Source: Phycisphaerae bacterium (lineage in GTDB: Bacteria > Planctomycetota > Phycisphaerae > UBA1845). Taken from it: 64,000 nt of DNA. Of this stretch, positions 1 through 8,566 are shown piece after piece. The stretch lies in assembly GCA_963666835.2 (NCBI GenBank), contig CAXXGO010000001.1, positions 1,248,001 through 1,312,000 on the forward strand. Reading direction: 5' to 3'. Numbering within the stretch: position 1 is the first letter of the stretch; every line of letters begins with the position of its first letter. Position numbers and translations under genes: made by a program. The notes under the pieces are model-generated. The model was given only the letters and a program-made list of their open reading frames with translations. It ran no database searches and was not told the origin of the DNA.

Positions 1-1058
1 ATTGCCGCCTCCGCGGCCTCCCGGGCCGCGTCGATCCGCCAGCGCATGCCATAGCTAAGCGACAGCGCGATCTGAGCCCACACGCACTGCGGGTCGATCT
101 CCACGGCCTCTTCTGCGGCGGCTATCGCGTTGTCGAAGTCGCTCTTGTTGAAAAGCGCCAGGGACTGAGCGGCGCGGACCGAGGCTGACTCCGGATCCAG
201 TTGGCGGGCGCGGCTGGTGTCCCTGATCGCGCCCTCTATATCGCAGAGCCAGACTCCGGCGATACCGCGCCACGTGTATGCCGCGGCATTCCGAGGTGAT
301 CGGGCGATGGCCTCATCGCAATCGATCACCGCGTTTTCATACTCGCCCATTTCGATAAACGCCTCAGCGCGCTTCACATAAGCCTGAACCAGTTCCGGGT
401 CTCGCTCAAGCGCTTCCGTCAACAGCGACACCGCGTCTCCGTATTGCCTTACAAGCAGAGCTTCGGCCCCTTGCTCGGACAACCGCTGGGCTTTGGAAGG
501 ATACGCCGACCACAGCGTTACACCCACTACCGCGACCAAGACCACCGACAGTCCAACGAGGGCGGCACGCCTTCGTCGGGGGCGGCGGACCCGCGCCGCC
601 GGTACCGGCTTCGCGGCCGAGTCTGAAGTATCGGGCTTGGGGTCTGCGGTGCGCGGTGCCTCGATCAGGGTTCTCATCCGCGCGGCCAAACGGGCCAGAT
701 GGTCCTCCAGCGGTGGAGTCATCGCATCCAGCCAGTGTGAAGAGCTTATGAAGTACTCGAGCGATCCGGATGGCTTCACGTCGTGAATGCGCACCGGGAT
801 AATCGGCACGCCTTTGTTTACGGCACGCTCCACCTCGCGAAGCACCTGCGGGGAGGAGTTGGCCTCAGCCGAGAATATCAACACCATAGCGCGACAGCCG
901 CTGATGGCTTCGATGATGCTCTCGGCCCAATCTCGACCCGGGGCGATGTCGCGCGGGGCCATCCAACAACCGACGCCGCAACTCTCGATCGCGGCGCAGG
1001 CGGCCTCGGCGACCGTCTTGTCTTTCGATGAGTAGCTTATGTAGACATCTTGGTTCAA
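1..1058 (-). CDS. TIR domain - single TM - TPR repeat protein (3'-partial, runs off window)
   Basis: Manual translation from TTG at 1058 (GGAG upstream): MNQDVYISYSSKDKTVAEAACAAIESCGVGCWMAPRDIAPGRDWAESIIEAISGCRAMVLIFSAEANSSPQVLREVERAVNKGVPIIPVRI (TIR_2-like), then TM AALVGLSVVLVAVVGVTLW and TPRs (ALERDPELVQAYVKRAEAFIEMGEYENAVIDCDEAI). Absent from the ORF track because there is no stop in the window. Confidence 0.9.
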   Translation of the reverse strand, partial: MNQDVYISYSSKDKTVAEAACAAIESCGVGCWMAPRDIAPGRDWAESIIEAISGCRAMVLIFSAEANSSPQVLREVERAVNKGVPIIPVRIHDVKPSGSLEYFISSSHWLDAMTPPLEDHLARLAARMRTLIEAPRTADPKPDTSDSAAKPVPAARVRRPRRRRAALVGLSVVLVAVVGVTLWSAYPSKAQRLSEQGAEALLVRQYGDAVSLLTEALERDPELVQAYVKRAEAFIEMGEYENAVIDCDEAIARSPRNAAAYTWRGIAGVWLCDIEGAIRDTSRARQLDPESASVRAAQSLALFNKSDFDNAIAAAEEAVEIDPQCVWAQIALSLSYGMRWRIDAAREAAEAA

Positions 1059-1320
1059 TGAACTGACTCCAACCTGGCACTACTCTTTTCTGGTGAAATG
1101 GGCAACGCCCGTCGAACGGAAGCCGATTGGCCGGCGGCGGTTGCCGAGATCCGGTAGCACACAGCATAGCAGAGCCGGCGCGCGGAGCCTAGTGAAGGCG
1201 AGGCGAGACGCGCGGAACGATAGCCTCTTCGTTCTGATTCGAGACATCATTGTCGGTTTTGCTCGGTTTGCGGCCGGGGGGGCTCCGGAGGTTTCCCCTT
1301 ATTGGGTTTGAGCGTTCCCT

Positions 1321-1587
1321 CTAACGGCGGACCGGTTGGTCTACTACCCCCTGTCCGGTGCGGCGGTGAGTCTCGACCGGGCGGGGAGAACGTGGTTTCC
1401 GGGCGGCTTCGCGGGCAGCGTCGCCGTCCTGCCTACCCATGTCGGAAAGCTGGTCACGCTGGGTCCGTTCCTGCGGGGTTTGCGCGTCTTTCTGTGCGAT
1501 GCTCGGAGTGGTGGTGGCGCAGCCGGCGCCGAACAACATTGCCCCGGCCATTGCCCCCAGGGTTCTTGCGACTAAGCTTAAACGCAT
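1321..1587 (-). CDS. small putative lipoprotein (88 aa)
   Basis: ATG at 1587 with GGGAG upstream; MRLSLVARTLGAMAGAMLFGAGC signal peptide and lipobox; Arg-rich tail. Confidence 0.6.
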   Translation of the reverse strand: MRLSLVARTLGAMAGAMLFGAGCATTTPSIAQKDAQTPQERTQRDQLSDMGRQDGDAAREAARKPRSPRPVETHRRTGQGVVDQPVRR

Positions 1588-1697
1588 GGTTCGATCTCCC
1601 GAGACTGACGGAGCGGACGCGGTCCGGTGCTTCTTCGCGCCCGGACTATCGATGAGCGTCGAGTGGATGGTATGAGGTCCTTCAGGTACGGTCAAAC

Positions 1698-2165
1698 ATG
1701 AGCATGTCCAATCCGCACCACGCAAGCATACTCCGGTTGGGCATTACGATTGCAGTGCTCTGCGCCGTTGCGGGGTCTCCGGCCGGTTGCGGAACGCAAC
1801 TTGCGGCGGGGCCTGCTACGGACCAGGAGGTGCTCGTTAGCGTGATGAACGTCACCGCCTTTGACGTCTCCGTGTTGTTAAGCGGAATCCTCGACGATGC
1901 CGTGGATACGGTGTCGGAGACGATCGGGCCGTCCGGCAATGTGGACGTGACCTTCGTTTGCATAGACGAGCTGGTGGTCGGCGACCCGCTGGACGCGGCC
2001 GTCGCTGGTGTTACGATCGATGTAGACGGCGACCCGGCCGAGATGGCTCCGTTCTCGATCGCCCGGGCGGAGTCGTTCGACTGCGGCGACGTGATCGAGA
2101 TTATCGTCAGCGGTAGTGAGCCCGGCAGCTTCGCCGTAGACGTATTTGCCCTGACCTTGCCCTAA
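1698..2165 (+). CDS. hypothetical secreted/lipoprotein, acidic
   Basis: 155 aa ORF with hydrophobic N-terminus ending AGCG; beta-rich acidic body with a Cys pair (FVCID ... FDCGDVI). Confidence 0.7.
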   Translation: MSMSNPHHASILRLGITIAVLCAVAGSPAGCGTQLAAGPATDQEVLVSVMNVTAFDVSVLLSGILDDAVDTVSETIGPSGNVDVTFVCIDELVVGDPLDAAVAGVTIDVDGDPAEMAPFSIARAESFDCGDVIEIIVSGSEPGSFAVDVFALTLP

Positions 2166-2168
2166 CCT

Positions 2169-4154
2169 CTACTGCGGACCGGTTCCCGTCAGCGTCAACG
2201 TGACCGAATCGGACAAACCGGTATCTGCCAGAGTCAGCACGAACACATAATCCCCGGCCACGGCCGGTGCGATTATGAAGGAGCTGGCCAGAGCGTTCGG
2301 GCTTCGAATGAACATCTCCACTCCGGTCGGACCGCTCTGGTACGTCCAGCGCACGGCCGGAGAGGTCTGCTCCGGACAGACTGTGCCGGAGAGGTTGTTG
2401 CCGTTGATGGAGCTATCGTAGGTTCCTTGTCCGCTTACTTCGCCCGGTGACAACGTTCCGGCATCGATCACTGTGGGGAAGCCCTCACATTCGTCCGGCA
2501 CCCCGTTGAGATCGCAGTCGTTACTCGTTCCCTCGGCAATGTCGTCTTCATCGGCGACATCGTTGGCGTTACAGTCTGTGATGCGCACCGGCGGGCCCGC
2601 ATACTCCATGACGCTACGGACCGTGTCGTTCACCCCGTCGTTGAGTTCGAACCCATAGAAGCCCGCCCCGTAGGCGAATTCAGTGCAATCCGTCGAGCTG
2701 CCGGACTCGACAAACACGACGGTTTCCCCATCCGCGTCACCGGCGGGAATCTCCAGGACTTCGGTCGGATCGTCGAACACGAGCGCCTCGGTTGCTGCAA
2801 AGGTGACGGTTAACGCGACGGTCTCCGCACCGTTATCGTCTGCGAAGGAAACGGTGACTGCCTCACGCTGAGTCTCCTCCGTGCCGCACGTTTGATCGGC
2901 CGCGGCAGGATCACTCTCAAAACGTGGCGAGGTGTTCACGATAAACGTGCGGTAGGCCGAATCGTGGTCCTCGCTATCGGGCAGCTCTGTTTGATCAGTT
3001 CCGTCGTCGGCCAACACCCCCCAGGCCCAGGTTCCCGCCACCAAGCCCAGACCCGCTCGCTCGGCAACCAAATCGGCCTCGAGCACATCCGCGGTAATCG
3101 GTAGGGTTACGTCGGACTCAAACAGCGCCGTCGGTTCGCCTGATTCACCCAGTAGCTCGAAGTACACCGTACAACTCAGCTCATCCTCGCAGTTGCCGGC
3201 ATCCGCCGTCCAGGAGAGGACGAAGGCTTCCGCATTGTCTGCCAGGACGTCGGCATCGTCCGGACTCGCCAGCTTGCCCGCGGGCGGCGTGTTTTCGGCC
3301 ACCAGGAACGAGTTTCCCAGTTGGCCTTCGAAAGTGAACTGGACTTCCTCCGCCGTCTCGATCCGCAGTCCCCAACTGAGCTGCTCGCCCATCGGAAGTG
3401 CCTCCGTCTCGGTCAGTGCCCGGGACGTGGCCGTGGGCTCAGGCACGTCGAAAACGCGCAGCGGGGAATCGAACGGGTTATCCTGCCCCGCGCGGCTTAC
3501 GAATACCTGCGCACGGGTAGGGACTGTATCCCCCAGGGACCACGAAAAGGTTGTCAGTGACCGGGCCGGTTGCGTTTCGCGCGGACACAGTAGCAGGACA
3601 TCGTCGGCTCCGATCACGACAGACGCCGTCTCGCTCACCTCGAAACTAAACCCAAAACCGTCCGCCGGGAGCTGCACCGTATTGACCCCGTCCGTGACCT
3701 CGACACCCCAATAGAACGTTCCGGCATCAGGTAGTCGAATGGATAGGCTATGTTCCGTTTCTTCGGGGGCCGTCCGAATGCCGAGGCTGGCGAACGAGTC
3801 GTTGAATACATCGGGTGTTCTGCCGACCAGAACCGTGCTGTCGAGGTTGGTCTCGTTGGCGTCGGTGGCTTCCCAGCGGAAGGCCACATCGCCTTGAGCT
3901 ACGGACACGTCTTCCGGTGGAAACAGCAACTCGCCGGTTGGCGGTATGTTATTGACGGTGAACGGTAGCGCTGCCGGAGCGGCGAGTCCGTTGTCCTGGA
4001 AACCTCCCGTTTCACCGCCTCCATCCCCGTTGGTATTGTCGTTGTCTTGGCCGTTGCCGCCGTTCGTCGGCTGCAAGGCACAACCCAGCCACCCGGCGGC
4101 TGTCAGCAGGGCCAACGATGCCAGTACGATCAAACTGATCCGTCGAATTCCCAT
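2169..4154 (-). CDS. acidic surface lipoprotein with tandem Ig/FN3-like repeats and Ca-binding-like DCN motif
   Basis: Signal ending WLGC; internal repeats NIPPTGELLFP..GTFYWGVEVTDG and NTPPAGKLASP..GTWAWGVLADDG; DCNANDVADEDDIAEGTSNDCDLNGVPDECE; PKD-like C-terminus. Confidence 0.8.
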   Translation of the reverse strand: MGIRRISLIVLASLALLTAAGWLGCALQPTNGGNGQDNDNTNGDGGGETGGFQDNGLAAPAALPFTVNNIPPTGELLFPPEDVSVAQGDVAFRWEATDANETNLDSTVLVGRTPDVFNDSFASLGIRTAPEETEHSLSIRLPDAGTFYWGVEVTDGVNTVQLPADGFGFSFEVSETASVVIGADDVLLLCPRETQPARSLTTFSWSLGDTVPTRAQVFVSRAGQDNPFDSPLRVFDVPEPTATSRALTETEALPMGEQLSWGLRIETAEEVQFTFEGQLGNSFLVAENTPPAGKLASPDDADVLADNAEAFVLSWTADAGNCEDELSCTVYFELLGESGEPTALFESDVTLPITADVLEADLVAERAGLGLVAGTWAWGVLADDGTDQTELPDSEDHDSAYRTFIVNTSPRFESDPAAADQTCGTEETQREAVTVSFADDNGAETVALTVTFAATEALVFDDPTEVLEIPAGDADGETVVFVESGSSTDCTEFAYGAGFYGFELNDGVNDTVRSVMEYAGPPVRITDCNANDVADEDDIAEGTSNDCDLNGVPDECEGFPTVIDAGTLSPGEVSGQGTYDSSINGNNLSGTVCPEQTSPAVRWTYQSGPTGVEMFIRSPNALASSFIIAPAVAGDYVFVLTLADTGLSDSVTLTLTGTGPQ

Positions 4155-4306
4155 CGGCCACTCTCCGTGTGCGTTATGCCAGACCGTTTCTCGCCGCTGC
4201 CGCGCCGCGAGCCCCGGCGTCTGGTAAGACTATCGCCTTGCCGTTGGTCCGGGCAAAGCGAAACGGCCGGGCCGATTCACGGCGCCCGGCAAACCGGCGA
4301 CGCCTG

Positions 4307-6469
4307 TCATCGCGGCGTAACCCGTCCGATATGTCGGCGCGTCGGCGGCGTTACCAGTTCGCGAATCAGGCGCCCGCCACCAGCGCTGAGCGAGCGCGAC
4401 TTCAATATTCTGGTGGTTGCCCGCGAGTGCCCGCTGCGGATTACAATCCCGCGATGCTTGAGACCGTCGTTTGTGCGGACCAGTCGGCCCGGAGTGCGGC
4501 GCAGTTGCCGGGGGGCCGACGGGGCCGTTTGAGCCATTGCCGGGCCGAATGCCGTTAGCGTATCTGACGGAACCAGTTCGTTGACCTCTTCACCAATCAA
4601 GGCGAACAGCTCGTTGCGCAGCTCCGGATAGTCATTCAGGTCTTCCAGTTCCAACAACTCACCGTCGGCCCCGGTTACCCGTGCGTCCGCGCGCCATTGG
4701 ATAATGGTGTATCGATCCCCACGAACCACCTCAAAATGGTCGCTGGCGTCCGAGCCCGCGCCGCTCGGATTTCCCATGCCGGAATGATGGACAATGGCGA
4801 TAGTCGAACCTGTGGCGGCGAACTGAAGACCAACGGTGTTGTCGAGATCGGCGCCGAGGGGGGTGGCCAGCCCGGCTGCTCCGCTGTTGTCCGTCTGTAC
4901 CGTACGATCACCCGGCAGGTCCAATTCTGTCGGGGCGATGGCATCGCCCGTGAAGTTAAACGCGCTCCCGTTCGCGTCAGTCTCCCCATCGGACAAGAAG
5001 ATCAACTGGGGGCCGACCTGATCAAGCTGTTGAGGATCCTGCCCGCTACCCAAGGCAGCAATCTGGTCACTGACTGCCTCGCCCCCAACGGTGAGCCCCG
5101 TCGTATCGCCGGCCTGATCCAACAACGGGTAACCGGCCGGCTGGTCCGGGTTGAACTCGACATCACCATCCGAGATGACCGCGAACGCGGAATCCGTATC
5201 TACCCCGTCCCCGCCGATCGCACCGTTGCCACTCAAGTGCTCTCCCAGGGCGATAGCCTCGATTCCATCGGTCACCACGGCCACCAGTCTCGAATCCGGA
5301 TCGAAGTCGGAGTCCCCCAGTGCCATTTGGGGAGTGTAGATCGCCCACCCGGATAATGCGTTTGCCTCGGCGGCCAAGAACGTCTCACCGTCGCTGTCCA
5401 CCAGTTCCGCACCTGCCCCGGCGAACTGAATGTAGCTGAAGCCTCCGTTGGCGAACTGGGTCAAGTAGGTGGGTTGAAAGGCCGGATTACCGTCGACATC
5501 CGTCAGAAACTCGTTCCACGCCGGGTCGGCGGGAATGCCGTCGATACCTACGAACTGGGCGGTTGCCAGATCCGGAGTTCCCGCAGGGATCACCCGCGGG
5601 CTGGCGATTGCATAAACCACTTCAATCTCCGGCAAGATCAGCTCGTCGAACGTGTCGTATTCCAGGGGGAGACGATCCTGGTTGGCTGAACTCGTGTCGA
5701 TGATGAACTGACCTTCGTGCTCAATAACGTCTTCGGGAAGAGACTGCGGAATCAGATCGGCGGCGGTCAAACCGGTGATGTCGACGGCGTCGGCGTGGGC
5801 TATCTCGGCGGCTTCGCGGTGCAACCTCTGGCGCAGCTCGTCCGCCTCATTACGTTCGTCGCCCTCTTCGGGTGCTCCGGGGATTTGCCCGTCGACGATT
5901 CTCCAGCGCTGCCCGGCTTGGAGCAGATAAGGACCGGCCTCCGGGACAATCCCGGCAACTTGCGCAGCCCCCTCCATGGCAGCAAACGTGCTGACCGCGG
6001 GACTGATGTTCGCTTGTTCGGGGTCGTGTCGTATGGAGAACCAACCCGATGCTTCTTCTGCCGTCAGACCGGGAGACGAAATAAGCCTCCCGAAGGGCGT
6101 CTCGGCAACAACGGTAGTTTCGGTGTCAGGTTCGGTATAGACAACCACATAGCCCTTTTCAACCAGGATGCGCTTGCCGCCGGGCTCTTCCAGAACCGTC
6201 ACCTCCGAGTTCGAACCGATGTGGATGACAACATCATCCACTAACAGCCCGGCCGCGTCCTCCTCGCCGGTTTCCAATACCCGGCCGGAATAGACTGCCT
6301 GTAAAGGCCGGATCGACTCACCCACCATTCGGGGCATACCTGCCATCAGGGTGACTCGCCCGATCTCCGTCTCAGCCCGGGCTTGGTGGACCGCCCCCGC
6401 GCATGGAATCACTGCACCTAAGGCGACTACGAGCATGTTCGGACGACCCCAACGAAGCCGCTTGTTCAT
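4307..6469 (-). CDS. secreted protein with N-terminal FecR-like domain and long acidic region
   Basis: ATG at 6469 with AAAGGA RBS; signal peptide; IGRVTLMAG...VLETGEEDAAGLLVDDVVIHIGSNSEV...VAETPFG resembles FecR domain. Confidence 0.7.
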   Translation of the reverse strand: MNKRLRWGRPNMLVVALGAVIPCAGAVHQARAETEIGRVTLMAGMPRMVGESIRPLQAVYSGRVLETGEEDAAGLLVDDVVIHIGSNSEVTVLEEPGGKRILVEKGYVVVYTEPDTETTVVAETPFGRLISSPGLTAEEASGWFSIRHDPEQANISPAVSTFAAMEGAAQVAGIVPEAGPYLLQAGQRWRIVDGQIPGAPEEGDERNEADELRQRLHREAAEIAHADAVDITGLTAADLIPQSLPEDVIEHEGQFIIDTSSANQDRLPLEYDTFDELILPEIEVVYAIASPRVIPAGTPDLATAQFVGIDGIPADPAWNEFLTDVDGNPAFQPTYLTQFANGGFSYIQFAGAGAELVDSDGETFLAAEANALSGWAIYTPQMALGDSDFDPDSRLVAVVTDGIEAIALGEHLSGNGAIGGDGVDTDSAFAVISDGDVEFNPDQPAGYPLLDQAGDTTGLTVGGEAVSDQIAALGSGQDPQQLDQVGPQLIFLSDGETDANGSAFNFTGDAIAPTELDLPGDRTVQTDNSGAAGLATPLGADLDNTVGLQFAATGSTIAIVHHSGMGNPSGAGSDASDHFEVVRGDRYTIIQWRADARVTGADGELLELEDLNDYPELRNELFALIGEEVNELVPSDTLTAFGPAMAQTAPSAPRQLRRTPGRLVRTNDGLKHRGIVIRSGHSRATTRILKSRSLSAGGGRLIRELVTPPTRRHIGRVTPR

Positions 6470-6684
6470 AGTATGTCCTTTCCGAGAGAAGCCGGGTATT
6501 GCCGCTTCCCAGAAGGTACTCATCCAGCCCTCACCTTTTAACCAAGGTCGAGGGCAGTCGTTACGTTGCGTGCTTGCCGGAGGTTCGGAACACGTTGGAT
6601 CATGTCAGTTGCCCCCACGGGCAAGCAAGTTTGCCCCCACTACTCCGTTTTCAGGCCACCCCAGTCCACTCTGAAGCCTCGAAA

Positions 6685-8301
6685 TCAGAATCTATACAGT
6701 ACGTTCACTCCGTATACGATCCGGTCATGCGAGAAGAACTCCTGCCCCGAGTCATCGCGGATACTGGAGTCATCGTTGGTCAGGCTCATCAAGAACCTGG
6801 CCGACAGATGCTCGCTGAACCGCTTTGTGAGGGCGAACACGAACGTGTGAATGAAGTCGCGGCGTTTGGACCGGTCCAGGTCGAACAGACTTCGGTGCCG
6901 GTAGTTTTGAATCTCGAACTCGCTCAGGAAATCGAACGTGAAATCGCCCGGCAGAGGCATACCCGCCTCGAGCGCAAAGATGTGGTTGTCGGTGGCGAAT
7001 TCGGTGCCGTCCGTTCCGACATCCTCGAACCGGTAACTAAGAGCCAGAGTAAGGGGCCGGTTGTAGATTTCCGCCAACTTGAAGCGCTGCACGACTCCGA
7101 ACGCGTGAGTTATTCCATCACGGTCGAGCCGCCAATCGTCCGGTTGATGATAGTAGTTGCGGCAATCAAACTGATAGAACAGCGTGCCGCCGGCCCACTC
7201 CGATTCCCGGATGTCGACTTGAGGAGTCAGCCGGTGCCGTGCGAGGAAACTCCGGCGGTCTACCAGGGCGAAATCCCAGTCGTAACGTACGGAAAGCGTT
7301 AGCCAGTCCGCTTCGGCGGGAGTATGGGCCAAGTAGGCATTGGCCCCGTAGTCCTGTACGTCGAAATCTTCGATCTCCCCATGCCAGGAATTGAACGTAT
7401 TCGCTCCTACCCCGAGAACGAAATCGTCGTTGTCAATCAGACGATAGGTGAAAGCCGAGCTGAGCCCGAAACGCCAATCCACCCCGGTATTCTCGCCGGA
7501 CAGCCGCTGTACGTGGTCCCCGCGGAGAGTCACGTTAGTGTCATAGTCCAACCCCATTTGGAGCGACAACTCCCACGGACGGCGATCGACTATCTGATCG
7601 AGAATGTCCTGACTGCGCCTGCCGATATCCGAATCCGGAGCGAGGTCGACACTTTCCTGCAACGCCTGCCGGGCCGCCTCGCGATTCCGCTGTTGAAGAT
7701 GCACCAACCCGCGATAGAACCGGATATGGGCCTCGATAGATCGGTCGGTGACACCGGAGCGAATGAGGGCTTGCTCGGCACTGTCGAGGTTTTCGATAGC
7801 CTGCGGCAGGTGACCGGGATCATCCAACGCCTGTCGATAATGTGCCACGGCCAGAAACAGATACGGAAGAGGGTCATCCGGGCGCTGCTCCATAAACGCC
7901 TGGAAGCCGGATTCGGCCTCCTCGAATCGCCCCAGGATCACCTGAGCGATTCCCGTGTCCAAATGTGCCAGAATCATCTGCGGATCGCGCAAACGAGACT
8001 GCTCGAACTCGGCCACCGCCCGCTCGAGTAACGCCCGCCGGACCGTGGGTCTTGTGGTTTCCGAAGCTGATTGCAGCAGCGTAAGACCAAGGAAATAGTG
8101 CGACGCGGCGAAGTCGGGATCCTTAGCCAACGCGGCCTCGAAGTGCCGGCGAGCGGCGCTGTAGTCCTCGGCCATGAACGATTCAATACCGCGATTGAGG
8201 GAGACCTCGGCGGCACCGGAATTCTGCGCCAGCGCCGAAGCGCCCGTCGCAACCAGAGCCAACTCGCAACAAAGCACCACCAATGTTCGTCTGAGCACCA
8301 T
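6685..8301 (-). CDS. TPR-containing outer-membrane beta-barrel protein (Slam/DUF560-like)
   Basis: ATG 8301 with AGGA RBS; signal peptide ending ALA-Q; N-terminal TPRs; barrel begins WELSLQMGLDYDTNV, shows alternating aromatic strands and ends YGVNVLYRF (BAM beta-signal-like terminal Phe). Confidence 0.8.
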   Translation of the reverse strand: MVLRRTLVVLCCELALVATGASALAQNSGAAEVSLNRGIESFMAEDYSAARRHFEAALAKDPDFAASHYFLGLTLLQSASETTRPTVRRALLERAVAEFEQSRLRDPQMILAHLDTGIAQVILGRFEEAESGFQAFMEQRPDDPLPYLFLAVAHYRQALDDPGHLPQAIENLDSAEQALIRSGVTDRSIEAHIRFYRGLVHLQQRNREAARQALQESVDLAPDSDIGRRSQDILDQIVDRRPWELSLQMGLDYDTNVTLRGDHVQRLSGENTGVDWRFGLSSAFTYRLIDNDDFVLGVGANTFNSWHGEIEDFDVQDYGANAYLAHTPAEADWLTLSVRYDWDFALVDRRSFLARHRLTPQVDIRESEWAGGTLFYQFDCRNYYHQPDDWRLDRDGITHAFGVVQRFKLAEIYNRPLTLALSYRFEDVGTDGTEFATDNHIFALEAGMPLPGDFTFDFLSEFEIQNYRHRSLFDLDRSKRRDFIHTFVFALTKRFSEHLSARFLMSLTNDDSSIRDDSGQEFFSHDRIVYGVNVLYRF

Positions 8302-8566
8302 GATGTCGTCCTGCGAAGAGGTTGACGGGTGGGCGGAGACCCGCCCGGCCACGCCATTATCAGAAACCCTGCTGGGACGCCGCGACGTATTCTGTTCGTC
8401 GACGTCGCGTTTGGCAAGGGGGCTGCGGATCAGGCGCCCTTGCGCAGTTTGACATTCTGCTTTCTCAGCCCGCATCCTCCTGCGTTTGTGGATGTCAGCT
8501 CGATTGGCCGCGTGTGCCCGGTTGTATCGACGTGCCGCCACCTCTACTATTGTCCTCGGTGTTAAC

